From the NCBI GenBank assembly GCA_045805265.1, contig JBJMLO010000011.1, forward strand, positions 110,148 to 174,147: DNA of 64,000 bases, in the 5' to 3' direction. Made by a program: the position numbers and the translations under genes. Numbering within the stretch: position 1 is the stretch's first letter; the number at the start of each line of letters is the position of its first letter. The notes below the pieces were generated by a model, which was not told the origin of the DNA, did no database searches, and was given only the letters and a program-made list of their open reading frames with translations. The DNA comes from Actinomycetota bacterium (GTDB taxonomy: Bacteria; Actinomycetota; UBA4738; JACQTL01). Positions 9,449-18,049 of the stretch are shown here, one piece after another.

Positions 9449-10756
9449 TCACCCCCCGATCTCCAGCTTCTCCAACCGGTCGAACACGGCGTCGAGGTGC
9501 CGAACCGAGGCCGCCGGGTCGAACAACGCCTGGAACTCCGCCGGGGACAGGCGTTCCCTGACCTCCGGCCGGGACAGCAGGACGTCGCGAAAGTCGCCGT
9601 CGTCGTCCCACGCCGCCGCCGCGGCGGTCTGTACCACGTGATAGGCCTCCTCGCGCGACAGCCCCTTGTCGACGAGCGCCAGCAGCACGCCCTGCGAGAA
9701 CGCCAGCCCGCCACCGGCCTCCAGGTTCTCGAGCATCCGGTCGGGGAACACCCGCAGGCCCTCCATGACGCCAGTGAACAGGTGCAGGAGGTAGTGCGCC
9801 AGGACCGTCGAGTCGGGAAGGATCACCCGCTCGGCGCTCGAGTGCGAGATGTCGCGCTCGTGCCACAGCGCCACGTCCTCCAGCGCCGGGACCAGGTTCC
9901 CCCGGACCACCCGGGCCAGCCCGCACACCCGCTCGCAGACGATCGGGTTCCGCTTGTGGGGCATGGCGGAGGAACCCTTCTGCCCGGCGGCGAACGGCTC
10001 CTCGACCTCCCGGACCTCCGTCCTGGCCAGGTGCCGGATCTCGGTGGCGAACTTCTCCAGCGACGCGGCGGTGATGGCCAGCGCGGCCATGTACTCGGCG
10101 TGGCGGTCACGCTGGAGGATCTGCGACGACGCCTCGGCGGGCCGGAGGCCGAGCTCGGCGCACACGTACTCCTCGACGCGGGGGTCGACTTTCGCGTACG
10201 TGCCGACCACCCCGCTGACCTTCCCCACGGAGATCACGTCGCGGGCCCGGCGGAGCCGCTCCCGGTCGCGGTCCAGCTCGAACGTCCACACGGCCAGCTT
10301 GTGTCCGAACGTGACGGGCTCGGCGTGGACGCCGTGCGTCCGCCCCATCATCACGGTCCCCCGGTGCTCCAGCGCCCGGGCCCGGACCACCGCCATCAGC
10401 CGCTCCAGCCGGGCCAGGAGCAGGTCGGCGGCCTCGCGCAGCTGCAGTGCGAGCCCGGTGTCGAGCAGGTCCGAGGAGGTCATCCCGAAGTGGATCCAGC
10501 GTCCCTCCGGCCCCACGGACTCCGCGACGTTCTGCACGAACGCGGCGACGTCGTGGTTCGTCGTGCGCTCCAGCTCGGCCACGCGTTCGATGCTGAACGA
10601 GGCGCGTGTGCGGATCGCGGTCAGGTCCGGCTCCGGGATGCGGCCCAGCCGGGCCCACGCCTCGCAGGCCAGGACCTCGATGCGCAGCCAGTGGCCCAGC
10701 CGGGCCTCGTCCGTCCACACGGCGGCCATCTCGGGCAGCGTGTACCGGGGGATCAC
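9449..10756 (-). CDS. purB: adenylosuccinate lyase
   Basis: MIPRYTLPEMAAVWTDEARL...HFGMTSSDLLDT; fumarate-lyase family signature (GSSAMPHKRNP). Confidence 0.9.
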   Translation of the reverse strand: MIPRYTLPEMAAVWTDEARLGHWLRIEVLACEAWARLGRIPEPDLTAIRTRASFSIERVAELERTTNHDVAAFVQNVAESVGPEGRWIHFGMTSSDLLDTGLALQLREAADLLLARLERLMAVVRARALEHRGTVMMGRTHGVHAEPVTFGHKLAVWTFELDRDRERLRRARDVISVGKVSGVVGTYAKVDPRVEEYVCAELGLRPAEASSQILQRDRHAEYMAALAITAASLEKFATEIRHLARTEVREVEEPFAAGQKGSSAMPHKRNPIVCERVCGLARVVRGNLVPALEDVALWHERDISHSSAERVILPDSTVLAHYLLHLFTGVMEGLRVFPDRMLENLEAGGGLAFSQGVLLALVDKGLSREEAYHVVQTAAAAAWDDDGDFRDVLLSRPEVRERLSPAEFQALFDPAASVRHLDAVFDRLEKLEIGG

Positions 10757-10781
10757 CGGCGATCGGCCCTTCCGGCGCCGG

Positions 10782-11261
10782 TCACAGCTTCAGGCCCTCC
10801 GCCAGGTCCTCCTTGAACCGCCGGAGCCGGCGGCGGACGTCCTCGTCGCCGACCCCGATGATCTGGGCGGCGAGGATCGCCGCGTTGGTCGCCCCGTCGA
10901 TCGACACCGTCGCCACGGGGATCCCCCGCGGCATCATCACCGTGGAGTACAGCGCGTCGAGGCCGTTCAGGTACTTCGTCCAGATCGGAACGCCGATCAC
11001 CGGCAGCACCGTCCGGGCCGCGACCGCGCCAGCCAGGTGCGCGGCGAGCCCGGCGCCGCAGACGATCACCTTGAGCCCCCGCTCCTCGGCCAGCCTCGCG
11101 TACTCGTCGACAAGGTCGGGATTGCGGTGCGCGGACAGGACACGGATCTCGTTCGGGATCTCCAGCTTGTCGAGGATGGTCTCGGTCTGCTGGACGACGG
11201 GGAGGTCGGAGGCGGACCCCGTAAGGATCCCGACCAGCGGGCTCGGCCCTGCCTCAACCAC
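10782..11261 (-). CDS. purE: 5-(carboxyamino)imidazole ribonucleotide mutase (N5-CAIR mutase)
   Basis: VGILTGSASDLPVV...GAGLAAHLAGAVAARTVLPVIGVP; 159 aa, typical PurE. Confidence 0.9.
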   Translation of the reverse strand: MVEAGPSPLVGILTGSASDLPVVQQTETILDKLEIPNEIRVLSAHRNPDLVDEYARLAEERGLKVIVCGAGLAAHLAGAVAARTVLPVIGVPIWTKYLNGLDALYSTVMMPRGIPVATVSIDGATNAAILAAQIIGVGDEDVRRRLRRFKEDLAEGLKL

Positions 11262-11292
11262 CTGTTCGATCCTCCGCCGGCGCCGTCCGGGC

Positions 11293-12552
11293 TCAGTTTC
11301 CCGCCGCGATGTCGCGACGGTACTGCATCCCGTCGAACGACACCCGCCCGCACGCCTCGTAGGCGAGGCCGCGGGCGTCCTCGAGGGAGGCTCCCAGCGC
11401 CGACACGGCGAGGACCCTCCCGCCTGCGGTCAGCACTCTACCGTCTCGCCGCGCCGTTCCCGAGTGGAACACCTGGACGCCGGGGACCGCGGCCGCCGCC
11501 TCCAGCCCGTCGACCGGCACCCCGGTCCGCGGTTCGCCCGGGTATCCCTCCGAGGCCAGCACGACGCTCACACAGGCCTCGTCGGCCCACCCGGCCCGGA
11601 CGTCCGCCAGGTTCCCGTTCACGCAGGCCAGCAGGACCTCGCACACATCGGTGCGGAGGCGGGGGACCAGGGCCTGCGTCTCCGGATCGCCGAACCGGCA
11701 GTTGAACTCGAGGACCTGGGGCCCGTCGGCCGTCAGCATCATGCCCGCGTACACGACCCCCCGGTACACGATCCCCTCGTCGCTCAGCGCCCGGACGGTC
11801 GGCTCCAGGACGTCGGTCACGATCCGGTCGCTGGTCTCGTCGTCAACGAACGGAACGGGCGAGTAGGCTCCCATCCCGCCGGTGTTCGGGCCGGTGTCCC
11901 CGTCGCCGGCCCGTTTGTGGTCCTGGGCGAGCGCGAGCGGCAGCACGGTCCGCCCATCGGTCAGGGCCAGCGCGCTCACCTCGCGTCCCTCCAGGAACCG
12001 CTCGACAACGACGGTCTTCGGGGCGTCGCCCGGCCGCCGGTCCAGGGAGGCCCGCACGGCGCGGTCCGCCTCCGCGCGGTCCTCGGTGACCGTGACGCCC
12101 TTCCCCGCCGCCAGCCCGTCGGCCTTGACCACGAACGGGGGCCCGACCTCGTCGAGGAACGCCAGGGCCGGCTGCTCTTCCGTGAAGGCCTCCGACCGCC
12201 CTGCCGGGATCCCGTGACGGCGGCACAGGTCCTTGGCCCACGACTTCGAGCCCTCAAGCCGCGCGCCCGCCCGGGTCGGCCCGAAGATCGGCAGGCCGCG
12301 TTCCTGGAACTCGTCGACGAGGCCGGCCACGAGCGGCGCCTCCGGCCCGACCACGGTGAGGTCGATGGCCTCCCGCTCGGCGAACTCCGCCAGGCCCGGC
12401 AGGTCGGCCGCGGCGATGGGCTCGCACGTGGCCACCTGCGCGATCCCGGCGTTCCCCGGCGCGGCGAACAGCCGGTCGACCGACGGGTTCTGCGCGATCC
12501 TCCACGCCAGGGCGTGCTCGCGGCCCCCCTGCCCGACGATCAGCACGTTCAC
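11293..12552 (-). CDS. purD: phosphoribosylamine--glycine ligase
   Basis: MNVLIVGQGGREHALAWRIAQ... with ATP-grasp domain; 419 aa. The stop overlaps the purA start region. Confidence 0.9.
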   Translation of the reverse strand: MNVLIVGQGGREHALAWRIAQNPSVDRLFAAPGNAGIAQVATCEPIAAADLPGLAEFAEREAIDLTVVGPEAPLVAGLVDEFQERGLPIFGPTRAGARLEGSKSWAKDLCRRHGIPAGRSEAFTEEQPALAFLDEVGPPFVVKADGLAAGKGVTVTEDRAEADRAVRASLDRRPGDAPKTVVVERFLEGREVSALALTDGRTVLPLALAQDHKRAGDGDTGPNTGGMGAYSPVPFVDDETSDRIVTDVLEPTVRALSDEGIVYRGVVYAGMMLTADGPQVLEFNCRFGDPETQALVPRLRTDVCEVLLACVNGNLADVRAGWADEACVSVVLASEGYPGEPRTGVPVDGLEAAAAVPGVQVFHSGTARRDGRVLTAGGRVLAVSALGASLEDARGLAYEACGRVSFDGMQYRRDIAAGN

Positions 12553-13823
12553 GACCGCATCAGGGTCTGCTCTCGGGAGGGACCGACCGAGACCGCGCCG
12601 ACCCTCACGCCGGCCAGCTCGGTGACGTGCTCGATGTACGCCTGCGCCGCCTTCGGGAGGTCATCGAAGGAACGGGCCTCGGAGAGGTCTTCCTCCCAGC
12701 CGTCGACCTCCTCGTACACGGGCTCGGCGCGATGGAACAGCGACTGGTGGGGCGGGAAGTCGTCGAACGTGTCGCCGTCCGCACGGTACGCCGTGCACAC
12801 CTTCACGGCCGGGAAGCCCGACAGCACGTCGAGCTTCGTCAGGAACACCTCGGTGAGGCCGTTCAGGCGGGCGGCGTACCGGAGCAGCACGGCGTCGAAC
12901 CACCCGCACCGGCGCTTGCGGCCGGTGGTCGTGCCGAACTCTTGCCCTCGGTCCCCCATTCGCTCCCCGTCGGGGCCCGTGTCCTCCGTCGGGAACGGCC
13001 CCGCGCCGACTCGGGTGACGTAGGCCTTGGTCACCCCGATCACGTCGGTCACCTCGCCGGGGCCGAGCCCAGCACTGGCCAGGGCGCCGCCCGCCACGGG
13101 CGAGGACGAGGTCACGAACGGGTACGTCCCGTGGTCGAGGTCGAGCATCGTCCCCTGCGCCCCCTCCAGCATCACGTGCTTGCCCTCACGGAGCGCGTCG
13201 TACAGGAGCTTCGAGGTGTCCGCGACGTGGGACGCCAGGCGCTCGGCGTAGCCCATGTAGTCCGCGACCACCCGGTCGGACTCGAGCGGCAGCCGACCGT
13301 ACACCTTGGTCAGGACGAGGTTCTTCTCCTTGAGGACCACCTCGAGCTTCTGGCGGAAGATCTTCTCGTCGTAGAGGTCCTGGACCCGCAGGCCGATCCG
13401 GGCCGCGCGGTCGGCGTACGCGGGGCCGATCCCGCGCTTGGTGGTCCCCAGCGCGTTCCGGCCCAGGAATCGCTCGGTCACCTTCTCGAGCTCCAGGTGG
13501 TGGGGCATGATCAGGTGGGCGTTCCCGCTGAGCACCAACCTCGACGTGTCGATGGACCCCGCCTCGAGGCGGTCCATCTCCTCCAGCAGCACCCGGGGAT
13601 CGACGACCACGCCGTCGGCGATGACCGACGTGATGTGGGGGTACAGGATCCCCGACGGCACCAGGTGCAGCTTCAGCAGCCGCTCGCCGGCGAGGACCGT
13701 GTGGCCGGCATTGTTCCCCCCCTGGTACCGGACCACGAAGTCCATGCGGTCGGCGACGAAGTCCGTGACCTTGCCCTTGCCCTCGTCGCCCCACTGCGTC
13801 CCGACCAGGATCGTTGCCGGCAT
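12549..13823 (-). CDS. purA: adenylosuccinate synthetase
   Basis: MPATILVGTQWGDEGKGKVTD... P-loop GDEGKGK and QGGNNAGHT motifs; 424 aa. Confidence 0.9.
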   Translation of the reverse strand: MPATILVGTQWGDEGKGKVTDFVADRMDFVVRYQGGNNAGHTVLAGERLLKLHLVPSGILYPHITSVIADGVVVDPRVLLEEMDRLEAGSIDTSRLVLSGNAHLIMPHHLELEKVTERFLGRNALGTTKRGIGPAYADRAARIGLRVQDLYDEKIFRQKLEVVLKEKNLVLTKVYGRLPLESDRVVADYMGYAERLASHVADTSKLLYDALREGKHVMLEGAQGTMLDLDHGTYPFVTSSSPVAGGALASAGLGPGEVTDVIGVTKAYVTRVGAGPFPTEDTGPDGERMGDRGQEFGTTTGRKRRCGWFDAVLLRYAARLNGLTEVFLTKLDVLSGFPAVKVCTAYRADGDTFDDFPPHQSLFHRAEPVYEEVDGWEEDLSEARSFDDLPKAAQAYIEHVTELAGVRVGAVSVGPSREQTLMRS

Positions 13824-13886
13824 GGCCGGATTGTCCCACGCCCGCCACGGGGCCTCCCGACAGGGCGACCGCCGGGGTTCGGCCGG

Positions 13887-14090
13887 CTACCGTTCGATCC
13901 GGAACCTGACTCGGACGTGCGTGTGGTACTCGGCGATCTGGTCGCCCTGGACCGTCGCGCTGGTCTCGAGGATGTCCATCGCCTCGATCCCCCGCAGGGT
14001 CTTCGCCGCCTCCGCCAGGGCCTGGGCCGCCGCGTCCCTCCACGACTCCGTGGACACCCCGACCAGGTCGATCGTCTTGATGACGGACAC
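13887..14090 (-). CDS. dodecin family flavin-binding protein
   Basis: 67 aa; MSVIKTIDLVGVSTESWRDAAAQALAEAAKTLRGIEAMDILETSATVQGDQIAEYHTHVRVRFRIER matches the dodecin beta-alpha-beta-beta architecture and length. Confidence 0.65.
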   Translation of the reverse strand: MSVIKTIDLVGVSTESWRDAAAQALAEAAKTLRGIEAMDILETSATVQGDQIAEYHTHVRVRFRIER

Positions 14091-14214
14091 TCGCTTGCTC
14101 CTTCCCTGAGCGCACGGAAGCCGTGCGGCGGGATTCTAGGCGGGCCCGACGGCCGTCGCGAACGCTCGAGCGGGGCCGAGGTGAGGGGGCGCGCTCCCCG
14201 ACCGGCCCCGCAGA

Positions 14215-15120
14215 TCAGGCGCCCGTGTAGGCGTCGATCATGCGGCGGTAGTTCTCGCCGATCTTCTCGGTGATGGCGTCCCTGGTGGCTTGCGCGTCGA
14301 CGTAGGACTTCAGCGCGTCCCACCAGATGGTGCGGCCGATGGCGAATCCGATGTACCCCGGCACGCCGGCGCCCGTCTTCAGCCAGTGGACGACCGCGGC
14401 CTCATCGGCCCCCCGGCCGAGGACCACGCACACCACCCCGTCCCTGCCGCCGCTGCGCACCTGCTCGCTGATCCGCTCGCAGTCCTCGCGTGCGTCGATG
14501 CCCTCGATCTTCCAGATGTCCGGCTCGACGCCGGCCCCCTGGATCTCGGCGATGGCCCGCCGCATGAGCTCCGGCCGGAGCTCCCGGTCGTACCGGCCGG
14601 GGTCGCCGCCCACCGTGTCGAGCTGCGACTGCTCGGCCGGGACCAGCAGCTCGAACAGGAACAGGCGGTCGTTCGCGTGAAGCCAGTCGCCGAGGCGCTT
14701 CAGCCGGGCGGACTGCCGGCGGTTCATGTCCTGATCGCCCTCGGGGTTCCACCGGACCAGCACCTTGGAGAAGCTCGGGTCGAACTCCTCGATGTGCTTG
14801 CCGAAGTCGTCGCCGTACTGGAAATCGAACTCGTCCTGCCCGCTCTTCTCGACGGGCATGGCCAGGAGGAACCCCTCCTTCTTCGCGGTGCGCGCGATGT
14901 CGGCGCCGAACTGCTCGTCGACGAGGACGCCGCCGGCGTCCTTCGGCGCGCCGCCCTCGATCGCCCGGCGGAATCCCTCGAAGATGACCATCTTGGCGTC
15001 GCTGATCCGCTCGGCCTCCTCCGGCGAGGGCTCGCCCGAGATGCCGAAGAACTTCTTCTGGAACGATCCCCGGTGGTCGAACGCGAGAATGTACAGCGGT
15101 CGGTCGTACCCGAGCTCCAT
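14215..15120 (-). CDS. DUF2090-like aldolase-fold protein (IolC-associated 2-deoxy-5-keto-gluconate-6-phosphate aldolase-like; class I/tagatose-bisphosphate aldolase-like)
   Basis: 301 aa; ATG at 15120. Family assignment is from recollection of the DUF2090 family (LYILAFDHRGSF..., WKIEGI...) and is not verifiable here. Confidence 0.4.
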   Translation of the reverse strand: MELGYDRPLYILAFDHRGSFQKKFFGISGEPSPEEAERISDAKMVIFEGFRRAIEGGAPKDAGGVLVDEQFGADIARTAKKEGFLLAMPVEKSGQDEFDFQYGDDFGKHIEEFDPSFSKVLVRWNPEGDQDMNRRQSARLKRLGDWLHANDRLFLFELLVPAEQSQLDTVGGDPGRYDRELRPELMRRAIAEIQGAGVEPDIWKIEGIDAREDCERISEQVRSGGRDGVVCVVLGRGADEAAVVHWLKTGAGVPGYIGFAIGRTIWWDALKSYVDAQATRDAITEKIGENYRRMIDAYTGA

Positions 15121-15288
15121 GGTGGTTGCTCCTTCCGTCCGAGAAATCGCTGGTCACCCATTGTTCCATCCGCACGCCCGGGCGGCACCCGGGCCGGAGC
15201 CGGGTGCCGGGCGTGGAGGACGCCGGGTAGGCTCCCGGAACCGGGGTCCGGCCGGAGACGAATACCCGAGAGAGGACCGGGCCAACTC

Positions 15289-15966
15289 ATGGACGACACC
15301 GAGCGCGAGCGCGACCCGATGGCGACGCGTGCACACACCGCGGAAGGGACCGGCGCAGGAGCCGCGTTCTCGGCCGGCATACGGGAGCCCATCGTGGTCT
15401 GCATGCTGCTCGCGGCGCTGTTCGACGAGCTCTCCGGGAACCCGCTGCACTCCATCGTCCTCGTGGGCACGGCCGTCGCGCTGTCGATCGCACGGGCCAG
15501 GGAGCGGGTCTCCACCGGGGCCCGGCGCGAGACCCTGTGGGGGGAGCCCCCTCCCCTGCTGGCCCGGATGCGCTCGGCCATCGACCGGTCGTCCATCCCG
15601 CTGCTGCTGGTCCCGGTGATCGGCCTCGCAGTGGCCATCGGGTTGTTCGAACGCTACTCGGTGATCCCCTCGATCCTGGTGGCCGCCGTGGGGGTCACGG
15701 CGATCGCGTTGTCCTGGCACGGCCCGCTCCACGACGAGCCGCTCGAGCCGGTCGAACCGGTGGGCAAGGTCCTGTGGGCGCTGGTGGTGGTGGCCCTGGC
15801 GGGCTGGGAGCTGACCAACCTGTTCCTGCAGCCCTCGCTCACCACCGACTCCTGGGCGCACCCCACGCTGAGCGTGCTGTCCGACCCGATCCTGGGGAGC
15901 CCGATCGGGCGGTCGCTCATGCTCTTCGCGTGGCTCCGCGTGGGCTGGGGGCTGCTGCGGCGATGA
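15289..15966 (+). CDS. hypothetical integral membrane protein (about 6 predicted TM segments)
   Basis: ATG at 15289 (MDDTERERDP...). Multiple hydrophobic stretches (IVVCMLLAALF, LLLVPVIGLAVAIGLF, ILVAAVGVTAIAL, LWALVVVALAGW). Confidence 0.5.
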   Translation: MDDTERERDPMATRAHTAEGTGAGAAFSAGIREPIVVCMLLAALFDELSGNPLHSIVLVGTAVALSIARARERVSTGARRETLWGEPPPLLARMRSAIDRSSIPLLLVPVIGLAVAIGLFERYSVIPSILVAAVGVTAIALSWHGPLHDEPLEPVEPVGKVLWALVVVALAGWELTNLFLQPSLTTDSWAHPTLSVLSDPILGSPIGRSLMLFAWLRVGWGLLRR

Positions 15967-16163
15967 GCGCCCACGACTTCACCGTCCTCGTCTACGGCGG
16001 CATCGCGGCCGTCGCGTTCCTCCTCGAGGTGCTGAGCAGGCGCGAGCGTTCGCGCATCCCCACGCTCTCCACGCTCTTCCGCACCATCATGGCGACCCGG
16101 CCCGGCCGGGTGGGGATCGTGGCAGGCTGGGCCTGGCTCGGCCTGCACCTGTTCGCCCGATAG
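15963..16163 (+). CDS. small membrane protein (66 aa), translationally coupled to the upstream membrane protein
   Basis: ATG at 15963 overlaps the upstream TGA (ATGA). Two hydrophobic segments (VLVYGGIAAVAFLLEVL, GIVAGWAWLGLHLF). Confidence 0.4.
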   Translation: MSAHDFTVLVYGGIAAVAFLLEVLSRRERSRIPTLSTLFRTIMATRPGRVGIVAGWAWLGLHLFAR

Positions 16164-16208
16164 CGCGGCCGGCCGCAGCGTTTCGCCGCGCAACGGTGTC
16201 TGTCATGC

Positions 16209-16748
16209 GTGGTGCATCAGGATGCGGGCGTACGGGAGCATGTCGGGGGCGGCGTGACCGAGCGCACAGGTGGACTGTCGGAGTTGTACGAGCGCCACGT
16301 TCCGGACGCGGTTCGGCTGGGGTACCTGCTGACGGGCGACCGGGAGGTGGCCCGCGACATGGCGCACGAGGCGTTCACCCGGGTGGTCGGCCGGCTCGCC
16401 CACCTCCGCCGCCCCGACGCGTTCGGCGCGTATCTGCGGCGGGCCGTGGTCAACCTGTCGAGGAACCACTTCCGCTCGCGGTCTCGCGAGCGGGCCTACG
16501 TCGAGCGCGGGCAGGCGCGGGACACGACGGCTCCGGCCGAGGAGACGGTGCTGGAGCGGGCCGTCCTCCGGTCGGCGCTGCTCCGGCTCCCCGAGCGGCA
16601 GCGGGCCGCGATCGTGCTCCGGTTCTACCTCGACCTGGCGGAGGACCAGGCGGCCGACGCCCTGCGGTGCCGGCCGGGGACCGTTCGATCGCTCGTGTCG
16701 CGCGGCATGCAGTCGCTGCGAGCAACCGTGGAGGAACGAGATGCCTGA
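16209..16748 (+). CDS. ECF-type sigma-70 family RNA polymerase sigma factor
   Basis: Region 2 (LSELYERHVPDAVRLGYLLTGDREVARDMAHEAF) and region 4 helix-turn-helix (LPERQRAAIVLRFYLDLAEDQAADALRCRPGTVRSLVSRGMQSLR). The stop overlaps the next gene's ATG. Confidence 0.75.
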   Translation: MVHQDAGVREHVGGGVTERTGGLSELYERHVPDAVRLGYLLTGDREVARDMAHEAFTRVVGRLAHLRRPDAFGAYLRRAVVNLSRNHFRSRSRERAYVERGQARDTTAPAEETVLERAVLRSALLRLPERQRAAIVLRFYLDLAEDQAADALRCRPGTVRSLVSRGMQSLRATVEERDA

Positions 16749-18036
16749 TCGACCCGACGACCTGGAGCCCGACGTCCGCCACCTGCTGGAGGACATGGCG
16801 TCCGCCGCGGACCCGCCCTCGAAGGCGCCGCCGGCCGTGGTGCGGACGGCCCGCAGGCGGCTGGTGCGGAACTCCGTCGCGCTGGCGACGGTGCTGTCGG
16901 TGATCGTGGCCGGCGGCGCGGTCGCCGGCGCCCGGCTCGTGAACGGCCCGGACCACGGCGCGGTGGTCCCCATCGGGTCGGGAACACCCAGCGCTGAGCC
17001 CTCGACGCCGGGGCCGGTCCCCTCGGAGTCGACGCAGCCATCTCCCTCCCCGACCGCTTCGGACATGCCGGCCGGCGGCAGCGGGACCGGACCCCTGCCG
17101 GCGATGGTGTTCCTCGACGGGGTCGTGTACCGGTATGCGCAGGGGCCCCAGGGTCTGTCCGCGGAGGTGCTCGGCGTCATCCCGGAGACGACCGCCGCGC
17201 AGCCTCCCGTGGCGACGCCCTCCGGGGTACTGGTGCTGGGAGGACGCCCTGGGGCCGAGACCGAGCTCTGGCTCCTTCCGGACCAGGGTTCGCGGCGCCT
17301 GCTCGTCTCCCGCATCGACGGCTTCGCGGTGTCCGCCGACGGGAGCCGGGTCACGTACGCGAACACGACCGCCGACTCGACCCACTCGGAGCTGATCGAG
17401 GCGTCCGTGGAGACGGGGGCCGTCCTGCACTCGGCGACGTTCGACACCTTCATCCGGGCGATCGGCTACGCCGGAGACGTCGTGGTGCTGGACACGGGCG
17501 ACGGCGCTGCGGCGTCGGCCGCCACGTGGAGCCCGGGAGGAACGACCATCTCGCGGATCAAGGGGTACGGGACCGCCGACGCCACCGATCCCGATACCGG
17601 CCTGGCCGTCCTCAACCAGGGAGACGGCGTCTGCTGGTCGATCCTCCATCTCGGCCCGACCGGGAACGCCGGCCAGGGACCGGCGAAAACCGGCGACAGC
17701 TGCGGCGTCGTCGGCATCTCGTTCGAGACGGGCGCGGGCACGATCGCCGGGGTCGAGCTGACCTCCGAGGCCGCCACCGGGACCCAGCGGCTCATCCTCG
17801 CGGGCACCGACTCCCAGCTGGGCGGCGCCGTCGACGTCGACGGGGCGTTCCAGACGCTGTGGACCGCCACCGGGCGGTTCCTCGTGCTGACCGAGCCGAC
17901 CGACGGCCACTTCGCCGTCGTCCGGTGCCAGGTCTCGGAGAACATCTGCCCGGACGGTCCCGTGTGGAGCGCAAGCGGCGCCGGAGGCGACGGGACCGCG
18001 TGGCTGGTGGAGGAGCGTCCCCGGACCGGTACGTGA
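16741..18036 (+). CDS. putative anti-sigma factor: short cytoplasmic N-terminus, single TM helix, large Ser/Pro-rich linker and extracytoplasmic C-terminal domain
   Basis: ATG at 16741 overlaps the sigma-factor stop. TM helix VALATVLSVIVAGGAVAGA about 45 aa from the N-terminus. The position directly after an ECF sigma gene is the main argument. Confidence 0.5.
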   Translation: MPDRPDDLEPDVRHLLEDMASAADPPSKAPPAVVRTARRRLVRNSVALATVLSVIVAGGAVAGARLVNGPDHGAVVPIGSGTPSAEPSTPGPVPSESTQPSPSPTASDMPAGGSGTGPLPAMVFLDGVVYRYAQGPQGLSAEVLGVIPETTAAQPPVATPSGVLVLGGRPGAETELWLLPDQGSRRLLVSRIDGFAVSADGSRVTYANTTADSTHSELIEASVETGAVLHSATFDTFIRAIGYAGDVVVLDTGDGAAASAATWSPGGTTISRIKGYGTADATDPDTGLAVLNQGDGVCWSILHLGPTGNAGQGPAKTGDSCGVVGISFETGAGTIAGVELTSEAATGTQRLILAGTDSQLGGAVDVDGAFQTLWTATGRFLVLTEPTDGHFAVVRCQVSENICPDGPVWSASGAGGDGTAWLVEERPRTGT

Positions 18037-18049
18037 GCGGACGAGCGGC

